A program made the position numbers and the translations under genes. Shown here in pieces: positions 40,055 through 51,049 of a stretch of 64,000 bases of DNA. Within the stretch, counting starts at the first letter, position 1; each line of letters opens with the position of its first letter. This DNA is from an uncultured Candidatus Actinomarina sp. (lineage in GTDB: Bacteria; Actinomycetota; Acidimicrobiia; Actinomarinales; Actinomarinaceae). The notes below the pieces were generated by a model. That model was not told where the DNA came from. It saw only the letters and a program-made list of their open reading frames with translations, and searched no databases. Where the stretch lies: positions 90,499 through 154,498 of the forward strand of contig CACAND010000001.1 in NCBI GenBank assembly GCA_902533795.1. Direction: 5' to 3'.

Positions 40055-41067
40055 TATGAACTCATTTCTACAAAAATCTCATCATCACTATTTTCTATAA
40101 ATAATTCTATTAAATTTCTGACATTCTCTGAATACAATTTTGTAGCCGCATGTTTTACAGTGTTTAGAATATCTGTTTCACCAACTATCTTTACATTATT
40201 AATTTGAACAACTTTGTTTACCTCTGTCCCTTCACAGTTTCCGCCTGTTCCAGCTGCTAAGTCAATAATCACAGAATTTTCTCTCATATTTTTAATGGTT
40301 GATTTTTCAATTAATACAGGTGCTTTTTTTCCAGGTATTTGAGCAAATGTTAAAACAATATCACTATCGAGAACTTGTTTCTTTAATGCTTCTTGAATTT
40401 TCTGATTTTCTTCTTCTGAGACCTCTTGCGCGTATACGCTATCTTGAGCTTCTGTATTTGCTTCTACAAATTTAGCACCTAAAGATTCAACTTGATCCTT
40501 AGCTTCTTTTCTAATATCAAAAGCCCAAACTCTGGCACCAAGTCTTTTTGCAGTTGCAATCGCTTGAAGGCCTGCAACTCCAACTCCAAGAATTAACACT
40601 TTGGTCGGTTGGATGTTTCCTGCAGCAGTTGTCATCATTGGTACTACGTCGGATGTCTCTTTTGCTGCTCTCAAAACTGAAGCATATCCAAGCAAGTTGG
40701 CTTGGGAAGAGAGAGCATCTAAATTTTGAGCTCTTGAAATTCTAGGAAGTTTAAAGAAACTTAGTACTTTGATATCAGGCCTTAAGTTTTTAATTTCTTC
40801 AATCTTTTCAAAATCAAATATTCCAATGAGCACTGCTCCTTTTTTAAGATCCTTTATTGTTTTACTTTCAATATTTTCTACACAAGCAACAATATCTAAA
40901 TCACTTATTTTAGAAATAATTTTCACATTTTCTTGATTAGATTCTTTGTAGTTTAGAGAATTAAATATATCTTTTTCTAAATACACATCAGATAGATATT
41001 TCTCGAAAGATTCGGGGTGTATTGGAGCCCTATATCCATAGACATCTGTTAAAAATCCAATATTCAT
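40054..41067 (-). CDS. pntAA: NAD(P) transhydrogenase alpha subunit, NAD-binding part
   Basis: PRISRAQNLDALSSQ, GVGVAGLQAIATAKRLGA, IPGKKAP. Confidence 0.93.
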   Translation of the reverse strand: MNIGFLTDVYGYRAPIHPESFEKYLSDVYLEKDIFNSLNYKESNQENVKIISKISDLDIVACVENIESKTIKDLKKGAVLIGIFDFEKIEEIKNLRPDIKVLSFFKLPRISRAQNLDALSSQANLLGYASVLRAAKETSDVVPMMTTAAGNIQPTKVLILGVGVAGLQAIATAKRLGARVWAFDIRKEAKDQVESLGAKFVEANTEAQDSVYAQEVSEEENQKIQEALKKQVLDSDIVLTFAQIPGKKAPVLIEKSTIKNMRENSVIIDLAAGTGGNCEGTEVNKVVQINNVKIVGETDILNTVKHAATKLYSENVRNLIELFIENSDDEIFVEMSS

Positions 41068-41115
41068 TATTTTATTTTATTCCTATTAAGAGTTATATAT
41101 AAATAAAATTAAAGG

Positions 41116-42156
41116 ATGGGAATTGCTGTATTTGCTGATAAATTTTCTGGAACTCTTTCCTCTAATGAGGTCATTAATGAAGTTAATAAAATATTTAAAT
41201 ATAACAATATAAAAGCTTCTTTTTTCCCTGTTACGGATGGGGGCGAAGGTTCAACTGAAATATTTAAACAATATGGTTTTAAAACAAATGAAAATCTTAT
41301 GCTGCAAGATTTTACTGGTAAGTGGATCCCTATCGAAACTTTGACAATTAACAAACATATTTATCTTGAAACATCGCAATTAATTGGTATAAACAATTCT
41401 GAAATTAATACTTTAGATCTAAATTCATCCTGCATCGCAAAAATAATTGATAATGTAGATGTTTTATCTATGGGTGGATCAAAAACAAATGATGCAGGTA
41501 TTGGGCTGCTTAGCAAAATGGGTATTGATTTTTTAAAAAATGATGAAATAATTAAGGATCCAAAACCAAGAGATTTTGAATTAATTAATAACGTCAATGT
41601 AAATGAAGATTTTAAAACACTTAATAAAAAAATTCTTATTGATACGACCATTCCATTGTTGGGAGAAAAAAATGCTTTTAAGATATTTGGTCCTCAAAAA
41701 GGACTTAAAAAAAGTGAAATAAAAAGTATAGAAAAAAATATTGAAAGAATTTTTGACTTACTTGAAAAAGAGCTTGAGGTAAAAATTAATCCTTACAAAG
41801 AAGGAACTGGTGCCTCTGGTGGCCTTAGCTTTGCACTCAGCGAAGTATTGGGTTGCGAAATAGTATCTGGTTCTGATTTCTTTCTAAATGAAACGAAAGT
41901 AAACAAAAAAATAAAAAAATTTGAAAATCTGATCCTGTGTGAAGGTAAGTTTGATTTTTCATCAATGAATGGAAAAGTTTTAGGTGAAATCTTAAAATTA
42001 CATACCGGAAGCGCTTATTTCTTAGGTGGAAAGTTTGATTACAATGATGAGAGTGTTTTTAAAGATGTTTTTGAATTAGGAAACAAGGGTATGAAAGACT
42101 CTAAAAAAGAATTAAGAAATGCTACTTATAAATTGGCTAAAAAAATGAAGAGTTAG
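41116..42156 (+). CDS. Glycerate kinase (GlxK/GarK family)
   Basis: DKFSGTL, DGGEGS, GGSKTNDAG, FGPQKG, EGKFD. Confidence 0.85.
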   Translation: MGIAVFADKFSGTLSSNEVINEVNKIFKYNNIKASFFPVTDGGEGSTEIFKQYGFKTNENLMLQDFTGKWIPIETLTINKHIYLETSQLIGINNSEINTLDLNSSCIAKIIDNVDVLSMGGSKTNDAGIGLLSKMGIDFLKNDEIIKDPKPRDFELINNVNVNEDFKTLNKKILIDTTIPLLGEKNAFKIFGPQKGLKKSEIKSIEKNIERIFDLLEKELEVKINPYKEGTGASGGLSFALSEVLGCEIVSGSDFFLNETKVNKKIKKFENLILCEGKFDFSSMNGKVLGEILKLHTGSAYFLGGKFDYNDESVFKDVFELGNKGMKDSKKELRNATYKLAKKMKS

Positions 42157-42157
42157 T

Positions 42158-42406
42158 ATGAGTATTGTCTCTCCTTGTATTAATGTTTGTGTCAGTGATC
42201 CAGAAACTGATTTATGTTATGGATGCTCAAGAACCACAAAAGAAATTAAAGAATGGTCAAAATACAGTGATCAGGAGCAATTAGAAGTAATCAGAATAAG
42301 TCGAAGCAGAATGGATGGATGGCAACAAAAATCTTTTGATAAAGCTTACAAAGAAAAAGTAGAAACTGGTACAAGTCCAATAAAAAAACAAAAACTCCAG
42401 GATTAA
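42158..42406 (+). CDS. DUF1289 Cys-rich protein
   Basis: SPCINVC...[14 protein letters not shown]. Confidence 0.85.
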   Translation: MSIVSPCINVCVSDPETDLCYGCSRTTKEIKEWSKYSDQEQLEVIRISRSRMDGWQQKSFDKAYKEKVETGTSPIKKQKLQD

Positions 42407-44112
42407 AAATTCGGTTGTTCTAATCCAAGGCTTAGATAAACCATATTTAATAAATCTTTAAAAGCCTGATCGAAGTAATAATCAACTGTAGAATCTTGAT
42501 CTAATCCGTACCACCAAAACCAATCTGAACCTTCAGCAAGTAATATATATTCATAAGCTTGATCAAGTTGTTCTTGCGAAAAATTTCCAGATTTCTTGGC
42601 TTCTTCAAAATCTGATCTTGTTCTGTATAGATTGTCCCAAGCTTGATTTTCATCAGATTCGCCAATCCAGGTTGCGTAGTTTGGTTGGAACCATGAGGCT
42701 GGATAAAGTTGGTCAATAGTATCTAAATTATTTCCATACAGTTCAAGATATTCAGAGGGAGTAATTGTTTCTAGCCATTCATATTTGGTAAGTACTGAAT
42801 ACATTCCGTTCAGAAAATCAATTCCATCATTTGAATAGTATTCCCAAAAGTTTTCTCCATCAGCAATGATTGATACGATGGGTACGAAATCTAGGTCAGA
42901 TGTTTTTTCACGTAATTTTAGAATTGTATTTTCAAATTCATCAATTGAAAGATCTGTTCTTTTTTCTGAATAACCAAACATCTTGTCAGATAAATAATTG
43001 TCTCTAAAAAATATAGGAACTGTCTCACCATTAGGAAGGATTGTATCCCATGGTCTGTAAAGTAGCTCTGGTTTGGACGCAACTCCCCCAACCCATCGCT
43101 GGATTCTTACGTCTAATGATTTCTCAAGAGGGTTTTGCCCAGTTGCTATCCACGAAATTCCTTCATCATTAAAGTAAGGTAAAATTTCTTGCGCAACAGC
43201 ACCCTCGGCTGGCCACATTCCATTAGGGTAAAAGCCAAAATTTTCAAAAAAGACATCTTTTCCTTTTCTAACATGTGCTTTTGCATCATCCTCAAAACTG
43301 AAGGTGTTGTCAGGAAAATTTGATGTGATATCGCCTATTTTTCCTAAATTTGTATTGTGAATCAACGGAAGAATAGGATGGGCATACGGTGTTGTGATTA
43401 ATTCAATATTGTTATTTCTATATGCTTTGAGATGTTCTGGAAGGACTTTATCAATTATTTCTTTATGGACTTCTAAAATTATTTGCTTATCCTCTTCAGA
43501 AAAATTATTTTCTTTTTTAACAATTGAAATTAATGGCTCAGATGCCAAATAGCTTGGGTCGGTCCATCCTAAATTAAAGAGAACTTGAAGATCTATATAA
43601 TCTTGTGTGTTCCATTGATCTGGATTTTGTCTGAGATTTCTAAGTTCAACATAACGAGGATATGTATTAATAATTCTTGAATTAATATCAAAAAATCTAT
43701 CTCTAAGAAACTTTTTTTCATTGTCATTTAGTTCGTCACCTTTTATCTCGGTATGAACCCAGTAAGTATCTTTTAATCCACCTGATAGTTCATTTAATTG
43801 CTTCATTAACGTTGGTGTTAAATTAAAAGTAACCCTCAGATCCTCATACTTTTGAACCATCTCAACCATATCAAGATAATCTTTTGTTGCATGTAGCCTA
43901 ACCCAGGGTTTCGAAAAATTTCCATCAATATCTTTTGGATAATATGGCTGATGTTGATGCCATAATAACATTACATATAATTCTGGTTCTTCTAAAGGTG
44001 TTTCAACAATTGGCGCAACCGTAGTTGTTGTCTCTTCCTCTAAAACTTCGATATTAGAATTTTGTGAACAAAAAGTAACAAACGTTAATAAAAATATTGC
44101 GTACTTTTTCAT
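42403..44112 (-). CDS. Glycoside hydrolase family 57 (amylopullulanase-like), probably exported or a lipoprotein
   Basis: [20 protein letters not shown], nucleophile WPAE, acid/base [12 protein letters not shown], signal-like N-terminus with Cys. Confidence 0.9.
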   Translation of the reverse strand: MKKYAIFLLTFVTFCSQNSNIEVLEEETTTTVAPIVETPLEEPELYVMLLWHQHQPYYPKDIDGNFSKPWVRLHATKDYLDMVEMVQKYEDLRVTFNLTPTLMKQLNELSGGLKDTYWVHTEIKGDELNDNEKKFLRDRFFDINSRIINTYPRYVELRNLRQNPDQWNTQDYIDLQVLFNLGWTDPSYLASEPLISIVKKENNFSEEDKQIILEVHKEIIDKVLPEHLKAYRNNNIELITTPYAHPILPLIHNTNLGKIGDITSNFPDNTFSFEDDAKAHVRKGKDVFFENFGFYPNGMWPAEGAVAQEILPYFNDEGISWIATGQNPLEKSLDVRIQRWVGGVASKPELLYRPWDTILPNGETVPIFFRDNYLSDKMFGYSEKRTDLSIDEFENTILKLREKTSDLDFVPIVSIIADGENFWEYYSNDGIDFLNGMYSVLTKYEWLETITPSEYLELYGNNLDTIDQLYPASWFQPNYATWIGESDENQAWDNLYRTRSDFEEAKKSGNFSQEQLDQAYEYILLAEGSDWFWWYGLDQDSTVDYYFDQAFKDLLNMVYLSLGLEQPNF

Positions 44113-44139
44113 TTAGCAATTATAAATAATTTCTAAGAG

Positions 44140-45516
44140 TTATAAAGGCCTTAATTTTGCAGTGAAGTGTCTTAGCTGTTTTGGTTGCTCAATTATTTCA
44201 TATCCTTTGAGTTTTTCTTTATTTTCAGCTAATTTTTCAAGAACCTCAGCAACATAATCAAAATGACTTTGTGTATAAGTTCTCCTAGGTGCAGCAAGCC
44301 TGACTAGTTCATGAGTAGAAGGTTCGTCTGGCTTTCCATTTTCACCAGCTACTCCAAAAGCAAGAGTACCTAGTTCAACTGTTCTTACTCCACCAATAAG
44401 ATATATCTCACATGCAACTGAATGCCCCGGGTACTCATGAGAGGGAATATGAGGTACAAATGTTTTTGCATCAATATACAATGCATGTCCACCTGCTGGC
44501 TGGACTATAGGGATACCAAAACTTAGAGCCTTTTCTCCTAAGTATGAAATAGATCTTGCTCTATATTCAAGATAGTTTTTATCTGTTATTTCTTTTAGGC
44601 CTTGAGCCAATGCATCCAGATCTCTACCTGCCAGTCCCCCATAAGTTGGAAATCCCTCAGTTAAAATCAGTAAGTTTCTTGCCTGTTCAGCTAAATCATC
44701 ATCATTGAAGGCTAAAATTCCTCCAATGTTTCCAAAACCATCCTTTTTGAGACTGATTGTGCAGCCATCTGCAAGTCTAAATGCCTCCTTTGTAATATCT
44801 CTTATTTCAACATCTTTGTATTCATCTTCCCTTTGTGAAACAAACCATGCATTTTCAGCAAAACGACAAGCGTCAAGTAAAAACATTTTATTATATTTAC
44901 CACAAAGCTCTTTTACTTTTTTTAGATTTTCCATAGAAACTGGTTGTCCTCCACCTGTATTGTTTGTTATGGTCATAAGTACAAATGGAATTTTTTCATT
45001 TTTCTCTTTAAGTATTTTTTCAAGTTTATCAAGGTCTATATTCCCTTTAAATGGAGATGGCGATAATAAATCTAATCCCTCCTTGCAGAGCAGGTCTAGT
45101 GCTTCTGCTTTAACAAATTCAAAATTTGCTCTTGTTGTATCAAAATGACTGTTGCTGGGAATAATATCTCCTTCTTTAACAGTTATCGTTGCTAAAATTT
45201 TCTCGCTTGCTCTTCCTTGATGAGTGGGAATTATATGCTTATAACCTGTAAGATCTGAGACTACATCATGAAATCTCTGCCAAGAATGGGAGCCAGCATA
45301 TGACTCATCTCCACGCATGATCGCTGCCCATTGTTCAGAAGACATTGAACCGGTTCCTGAATCAGTCAGTAAGTCTACAGTTACTTCCTGTGATTTGAGA
45401 CCAAAAACATTCCAATGTTCACGTTTTAAATATCCTTCTCTTTCTTCAGGTGTCGTTATAGGGAGAGATTCAACAGATTTTATTTTAAATGGTTCAATTA
45501 TTGTCTTGAACTTCAT
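44140..45516 (-). CDS. tnaA: Tryptophanase (start moved to ATG 45516)
   Basis: EPFKIKSVE, DLLTDSGT, HQGR, PLP Lys in SLKKDG. LRHFTA has the TnaA His, whereas tyrosine phenol-lyase has RFFTA. Confidence 0.88.
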   Translation of the reverse strand: MKFKTIIEPFKIKSVESLPITTPEEREGYLKREHWNVFGLKSQEVTVDLLTDSGTGSMSSEQWAAIMRGDESYAGSHSWQRFHDVVSDLTGYKHIIPTHQGRASEKILATITVKEGDIIPSNSHFDTTRANFEFVKAEALDLLCKEGLDLLSPSPFKGNIDLDKLEKILKEKNEKIPFVLMTITNNTGGGQPVSMENLKKVKELCGKYNKMFLLDACRFAENAWFVSQREDEYKDVEIRDITKEAFRLADGCTISLKKDGFGNIGGILAFNDDDLAEQARNLLILTEGFPTYGGLAGRDLDALAQGLKEITDKNYLEYRARSISYLGEKALSFGIPIVQPAGGHALYIDAKTFVPHIPSHEYPGHSVACEIYLIGGVRTVELGTLAFGVAGENGKPDEPSTHELVRLAAPRRTYTQSHFDYVAEVLEKLAENKEKLKGYEIIEQPKQLRHFTAKLRPL

Positions 45517-45558
45517 ACAGGGATTGTAACTGACTTTAATCACGATATCATTATCTTT

Positions 45559-46050
45559 ATGGTTGAAATACATCAAAATATTGCAAATATTTATGAAGAA
45601 AACATTGATGAGCTTGAAGCTTTTGAGTGTGAGGATCAATTTTCTGATACACAAAGTTTTTGTGATCATTATGGTTTTAAAATTGAAGATTCATGTAACG
45701 CAATATTATTAAAATCTAAAAAACCTGACGAATTCTTTGCTTTATTTTGTGTACTGGGCTCCAACAGATTGGATGTAAATCACAAAGTAAAAAGTTTGTT
45801 AAATGCAAAAAAAATTAGTTTCGCATCTAAAGAAGAAGCTGAATCAATAACGAATCAGATATATGGTGGAATAAGTCCCCTCGGACTACCAAGCGAAATC
45901 AATGTATTTATTGATAAGAATGTTATGGAAAGGGAGAAAGTCTTTATTGGTGGTGGAAATAGAGTTAGTAAGTTCTTTCTAAAGCCAGAGATACTAAAAA
46001 GCTTGACAAATGCAACAGTAGAAGACTTAACTCAATCCATCTCTACATAA
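45559..46050 (+). CDS. YbaK/ProX-like aminoacyl-tRNA deacylase
   Basis: ISFASKEEAE, GGISPLGLP, IGGGNR. Confidence 0.85.
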   Translation: MVEIHQNIANIYEENIDELEAFECEDQFSDTQSFCDHYGFKIEDSCNAILLKSKKPDEFFALFCVLGSNRLDVNHKVKSLLNAKKISFASKEEAESITNQIYGGISPLGLPSEINVFIDKNVMEREKVFIGGGNRVSKFFLKPEILKSLTNATVEDLTQSIST

Positions 46051-46464
46051 ACTTGCAGCCTGTGGTGAAAACGCCTTTCCATTTAAGCCTGGAAATCTGC
46101 CAGCCTGTAGATAATACTTAAGAAATGTTCTCACATTTTTAAAGTCTTCATTAGAAATTTCTTGAGGGGTTGTTAAGACATTTAATGGATTTGGTAAATT
46201 TCTTTCTAAAAATGATTGTTGATCACTGTCTAGTTTTTCAATATATTCAGAAAGGAGAGATATTGTAATCTCATAATCTTCAATAGTATTAGTACAGTTT
46301 TCATACTCGTTTACGGAAAGAGGGCTTACGTCTACTTCATAATCAGTCCTGTACTGAAAAATTAAGACAATTATTAAAAATAATAAAACGGTGTAGAAAA
46401 AGATTTTAATTGGAAAAAAAATAACTTTTCTAATAGGCCATAATATTGCTTTAATTATCCTCAC
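46027..46464 (-). CDS. Hypothetical membrane-anchored protein
   Basis: N-terminal TM. Directly downstream of the amidinotransferase gene. Confidence 0.6.
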   Translation of the reverse strand: MRIIKAILWPIRKVIFFPIKIFFYTVLLFLIIVLIFQYRTDYEVDVSPLSVNEYENCTNTIEDYEITISLLSEYIEKLDSDQQSFLERNLPNPLNVLTTPQEISNEDFKNVRTFLKYYLQAGRFPGLNGKAFSPQAASLCRDGLS

Positions 46465-46468
46465 AAAT

Positions 46469-47269
46469 TTATTGTAATGTAATCACAAGACACTGACAGG
46501 CTCCTCCGGATTTCATAAATTCTGAAACATTTGAAATTTCAATATTACAACCTAATTGTGCAACAGTTTCGATAATTTCAATGTTTTCAGAGGGAAATAT
46601 AACTGATTCATTAATTACTACAGCATTGCATGCAAGTTGATTCGCATCATCCTCATGGATTGGAATCAAATTAAATAAATCGGAAAATTCAGAAAGGGAT
46701 TGATCTTCAAATGCAGGAGGGTAAAAAATAGCATCATTGTTTTTTGTAGGAAGCTGTTGGAAACAGGTATCAAGGTGATAGAATTTTTCATCAACTAACT
46801 TTGCAATTTTTGGAATCAATTGAAAATGATCAGCTATCAACAAAAGCGCTTCTTTATCACTTCTAATTCCATATGAGCCTATTAAGTATTCCCCATAAAC
46901 AAAAGCATCGCCGCGTCCTTCAAATTTATGTTCAGATGGAATTCGAGCAACATCATACCCATTCTTGCGAAACCAATTCTCATAGATAACTTCCTCGCCC
47001 TGTCTTTCTTGATATTTGAAATTAGATATAAGAACAGATTTATCTTTTATTATTCCAGAATTAGCGGTGAATACGAGATCTGGATAAACCGTATTCCCAG
47101 GAATTACATTTACTTCAGCACCACATTTTTCTATAGTAGATTTGAGTCCTCCCCATTGATCTTTCGCTAACTCTAAATTGATCTCTACACCCTCAGTCAT
47201 CCAAGGATTAATTGAATATTCAATTCGAAAATATTCTGGAGAACTCATTAAAACGGAAGTGTTTTGCAT
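46469..47269 (-). CDS. Amidinotransferase/DDAH family (pentein fold)
   Basis: YSINPWM, PDLVFTAN, FEGRGD, YHLDT, KSGGACQC. Confidence 0.9.
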   Translation of the reverse strand: MQNTSVLMSSPEYFRIEYSINPWMTEGVEINLELAKDQWGGLKSTIEKCGAEVNVIPGNTVYPDLVFTANSGIIKDKSVLISNFKYQERQGEEVIYENWFRKNGYDVARIPSEHKFEGRGDAFVYGEYLIGSYGIRSDKEALLLIADHFQLIPKIAKLVDEKFYHLDTCFQQLPTKNNDAIFYPPAFEDQSLSEFSDLFNLIPIHEDDANQLACNAVVINESVIFPSENIEIIETVAQLGCNIEISNVSEFMKSGGACQCLVITLQ

Positions 47270-47313
47270 GTTTATATTTTACATTTTTATACATTAAATG
47301 TATATTTTCATAC

Positions 47314-47829
47314 ATGGATAACATTATATTTTCAAAAATTGATGAAACAAATATTGAAGGCTGTTTTAATTTAAATGAAGATAATGTTCCAGAAGTAGGG
47401 TCAACATCTATTGAAGAATTTAATAATTTGGTTCAAAATTCAGATTTCAATCTATGTGCTACTTTCGATGAAAAGATAGTAGGTTTTTTAATCTGTTTCC
47501 AAGATACTTCTAAAACAAAATCTTTCATGTACAAAATAAAACATAAGAATTTTAATGAATTCAAAAATAGAATAAACAATTTTATGTACATTGATAGGAT
47601 TGCAATTGATGTTAATTACAGAAATAATGGGCTTGCAACAATATTCTATGAGCATTTATTAGAACACTGTCTAGAAGTAGATGTTGAAAATCTTACCGCA
47701 GAAATCAATTTACTACCAACTGAAAATGAACCATCTCTAAAATTTCATGAGAAATTACAATTTATTCAAATTGATACGAAAAAATATAATGATGAATATG
47801 AGGTTTCCTTACAAAAGAGGATTCTTTAA
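47314..47829 (+). CDS. GNAT acetyltransferase (start moved to ATG 47314)
   Basis: YIDRIAI, YRNNGLA, NEPSLKFH. Confidence 0.85.
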   Translation: MDNIIFSKIDETNIEGCFNLNEDNVPEVGSTSIEEFNNLVQNSDFNLCATFDEKIVGFLICFQDTSKTKSFMYKIKHKNFNEFKNRINNFMYIDRIAIDVNYRNNGLATIFYEHLLEHCLEVDVENLTAEINLLPTENEPSLKFHEKLQFIQIDTKKYNDEYEVSLQKRIL

Positions 47830-47849
47830 GTAGTAAGATATTTATATTA

Positions 47850-48131
47850 ATGAAGTTTAACTTACCAAGAAGACAGCGAAAAAGCTTTGAGTCAGTATCT
47901 GGAAAATCTTTAGATAGCAATTTAAATAAAAAAGAAGCGTTAGAAATTTTTGAAAATGTAAAAAAAAGTTATTCCTCAGCTCCAAATTCTTTTGGTTCTA
48001 AAACAGGAAAAAAAGAAGAGGTCTTAGAAATGCTTCTAATAATTAGCGATCAAATCGCTTCAGAGTATAAAGATTGTGAAGTTGCCTTAAAACAAGGTGT
48101 TCCAGAAATTACAAAGGTCAAAGAGAAATGA
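47850..48131 (+). CDS. Hypothetical protein
   Basis: 93-aa ORF overlapping the start of the next gene (ATGA). Confidence 0.55.
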   Translation: MKFNLPRRQRKSFESVSGKSLDSNLNKKEALEIFENVKKSYSSAPNSFGSKTGKKEEVLEMLLIISDQIASEYKDCEVALKQGVPEITKVKEK

Positions 48132-49114
48132 TGAAACTAATAATTGATGCAGATACTGGCTCAGATGATGCAGTTGCACTATTAATGGCATATCGTAATT
48201 TGCCTTCAGATCAAATACTAGGGGTGACTGTTGTTGCAGGAAATGTTCCACTTGATCAGGGCCTAATCAATACAAGTTATGTAAATGAACTGTGTGAAAT
48301 AGATATTCCAATATTTAAGGGTGCCGATAAACCAATGAAGAGGAACTATAAAGAGGTTTATAATTCTGATGAGTCTACAGCTATTGCCCTTAGTTATGGA
48401 AATGACTCTACATCAGCCCAAAACGTTCATGGAATAGATGGATTAGGTGACATAGGTATAAAACCTAAAAATCACAAAATCGAAACTGAATCTGCTCAAG
48501 ATTTTTATAAGAAAGTACTTGAGGAGGAAGATGAAATAGAAATTGTAACACTAGGACCATTGACAAATATTGCTGGCTTAATACAAAACAATGAAGAAAA
48601 ATTGGAGAAAATAAAGCACTGCTACATAATGGGTGGCAGCTCAAATGCCCTAGGAAATATTACAAAGTTTGCTGAATACAATTTTTGGGTTGATCCCGAA
48701 GCAGCAGATATTGTTTTAAATTCAGGAATTCCTATAACTGTGATTGGCTGGGACCCTTCACTTTATGATGCAATGATTGATACAGAAAAAATCCAAGAAA
48801 TTGATGCTATCGGTACAAAGTTCTCAAAATTTACCAACGATATTCAAGTTGTTTTAAGAGAAATGATGAAAGACATATTTGGAAGCGACAGTTATGATTT
48901 ACCAGACCCCCTTGCAATGTCTGTTTACTTAGATAATGAAATCATAAGTCAATCCGTTGAAGTTAATGTAAGAGTTGATACTAGAGATGGAATGACTAGA
49001 GGAGGTTGTATTCTTGATTTTCTGAACTTGGAACCTGAAGCTCCAAAAATCAGAGTCGTACAAAGATGTCATGGAGATAAGTTCTATAGTCTATTAAAAA
49101 ATAGCCTTGCTTAA
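48128..49114 (+). CDS. Nucleoside hydrolase (IU-NH family)
   Basis: DADTGSDDA, HGIDGLG, LGPLTN, AEYNFWVDPEAA. Confidence 0.93.
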   Translation: MMKLIIDADTGSDDAVALLMAYRNLPSDQILGVTVVAGNVPLDQGLINTSYVNELCEIDIPIFKGADKPMKRNYKEVYNSDESTAIALSYGNDSTSAQNVHGIDGLGDIGIKPKNHKIETESAQDFYKKVLEEEDEIEIVTLGPLTNIAGLIQNNEEKLEKIKHCYIMGGSSNALGNITKFAEYNFWVDPEAADIVLNSGIPITVIGWDPSLYDAMIDTEKIQEIDAIGTKFSKFTNDIQVVLREMMKDIFGSDSYDLPDPLAMSVYLDNEIISQSVEVNVRVDTRDGMTRGGCILDFLNLEPEAPKIRVVQRCHGDKFYSLLKNSLA

Positions 49115-49728
49115 TGGTTGCAAGTGACTCAGTAATCGAATTAATTATTCTACAAGTTAGTGTTGCATTCAGCCCTGGATTAATAATTGCCTTGATTGTA
49201 AATGAATCAGTCCAAAAAAGTAGAAGAAATGGACTTGAGGTTGCTACAGGAGCAGCAACAGGAGCAATCTTTATAACAATAATTACAGCGAGCGTCGTTA
49301 CTTTTATCTTTAATTTAATCCCACAAATTTTAACAATGATCTACATTGTTGGAATTATCTATATTGTGTACAAAGGAATTGTCACTATAAAAGCTGAAAT
49401 AAAAATAGATGATACAAATATTAATGCAGGATCCTTTAACGCAGGAATGCAACTTAATTTAATAAACCCTAAGATGTGGGTATTTTATCTTTCTGTCTTG
49501 CCCATATTCGCTACAGAAAATGAGAATGTTTTTGTGCAACTTATTATTCTTGGAGCTATAACGATATTTGTTAATCTGATTGCCGATATTAGTTATGCAT
49601 ATATGAGTAGTTATTTTTTTGAAGATTCTTCAGTAAAAACAAAAAAAGTAATCAATGCAGTAAGCGGTTTTTGTTTAATTCTGATAGGTATTTATTTATT
49701 TTTTAGTAGATTTCTTGGATTCCTTTGA
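49114..49728 (+). CDS. LysE/RhtB family translocator
   Basis: SPG motif, NLINPK, about 6 TM helices. Confidence 0.85.
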   Translation: MVASDSVIELIILQVSVAFSPGLIIALIVNESVQKSRRNGLEVATGAATGAIFITIITASVVTFIFNLIPQILTMIYIVGIIYIVYKGIVTIKAEIKIDDTNINAGSFNAGMQLNLINPKMWVFYLSVLPIFATENENVFVQLIILGAITIFVNLIADISYAYMSSYFFEDSSVKTKKVINAVSGFCLILIGIYLFFSRFLGFL

Positions 49729-50640
49729 ATCATCATCTTTAAATAATTCAGCAACTGCACCAATACTTCCAAGAGTTGCAGAAAGATCAGCAGGTAAGAA
49801 AATTTTAGTAGCTTTGCCGTTTGCAACTTTTTCGAGAGATTCAAGATATTTAATTGCGATCAAGTCATTTGTTGGATCACCCTTGTGAATAGCGTCAAAA
49901 ACTTTTTGTATAGCTTCTGATTCACCATCAGCAATGGCAATTTTTTCATATTTTTGAGCATCGGCTACTGCTTTGAGTGCTTCTGCTTCACCCTCAGCAC
50001 TTAAAATTTGGGACTGTCTTTCGCCTTCCGCAGTCAAGATAGCTGCTCTCTTTTCACCCTCAGCTTCTGTAACAGCTGCTCTTCGATCTCTTTCAGCTTT
50101 CATGACTTTATTCATTGCATCCTGAACGTCTTGTGGTGGGTCAATTCTTTGAATCTCAACACGAACTACTCTTGTACCCCATTTATCAGTTGCTTCATCA
50201 AGAATGAGTTTTAAAGATGTATTAATTGTTTCTCGAGAAGTAAGTGCTGCATCAAGCTCTAGGTCACCAATAACATTTCTCAAATTGGTTTGTGCAAGTT
50301 TTGTTGCAGCAGTTATAAAGTCACCTACGTTATAAACTAATTTTTTTGGATCAGTCGGTTCATAATAAATGACTGCATCAACTGTAATTGTAACGTTGTC
50401 TTTAGTGATTACTTCTTGTGGTGGAACATCTATAACTTGTTCACGCATGTCTACAACAATTAATCTCTCTATACCAGGAATCACTATATTTAAACCTGAA
50501 GTTGCTTCACGATTGTATTTACCAAATCTTTCAATTAAGCCTTTTTCAAATGGCCTTAAAATTCTAAATATTCTAAAAGCTACAAATACTAAAAGACCAA
50601 ATAGTATTACGCTTCTTACGAGTGAAAAGATAAATTCCAT
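49696..50640 (-). CDS. SPFH/band 7 (stomatin-like) membrane protein
   Basis: [28 protein letters not shown] repeats. Confidence 0.93.
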   Translation of the reverse strand: MEFIFSLVRSVILFGLLVFVAFRIFRILRPFEKGLIERFGKYNREATSGLNIVIPGIERLIVVDMREQVIDVPPQEVITKDNVTITVDAVIYYEPTDPKKLVYNVGDFITAATKLAQTNLRNVIGDLELDAALTSRETINTSLKLILDEATDKWGTRVVRVEIQRIDPPQDVQDAMNKVMKAERDRRAAVTEAEGEKRAAILTAEGERQSQILSAEGEAEALKAVADAQKYEKIAIADGESEAIQKVFDAIHKGDPTNDLIAIKYLESLEKVANGKATKIFLPADLSATLGSIGAVAELFKDDDSKESKKSTKK

Positions 50641-50680
50641 AGTATTAGTTTATTATTGATAAAGTTATACGTTGATTTGT

Positions 50681-51049
50681 TTAACTATTTGTTTCTTCTG
50701 ACTCTTTTTCTTCTTGTTCATACCTACTTAAAGCAAGCATAAACATGATGAATAGAATCAATGAACCTGCAAAATATGTAAGAGGTATGATTCTGATCTC
50801 AAGTGCATTTAAACCGTCGATTGATGCAGGAGCAGGGCCTCTTGGTGCATAAAGAAGAAAAAGGAAAGAATTAATAACTAGCCAACCAAAAGTAGCAGCA
50901 CCAACAACTAAAAATCCAAGCCTTCTACCAAGATTTGTTGCATTCAAGACAAAAGTTGAGCCAAAAAAAGAAAGTATGAAAAATATAAATAGAACTATTC
51001 CGGTAAAAGTAAGGTTGGACGATAAAAGTGTCCTCATTATTTCACGCAT
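50681..51049 (-). CDS. Small 3-TM protein, last gene of the Rieske/cytochrome b operon
   Basis: Hydrophobic. Overlaps the stop of the diheme cytochrome c gene. Confidence 0.7.
   Translation of the reverse strand: MREIMRTLLSSNLTFTGIVLFIFFILSFFGSTFVLNATNLGRRLGFLVVGAATFGWLVINSFLFLLYAPRGPAPASIDGLNALEIRIIPLTYFAGSLILFIMFMLALSRYEQEEKESEETNS

Noticed and set aside
45517-45669. N-terminal extension of tryptophanase
   Set aside because: It overlaps the divergent ybaK gene. Homology and the -10 box point to ATG 45516.
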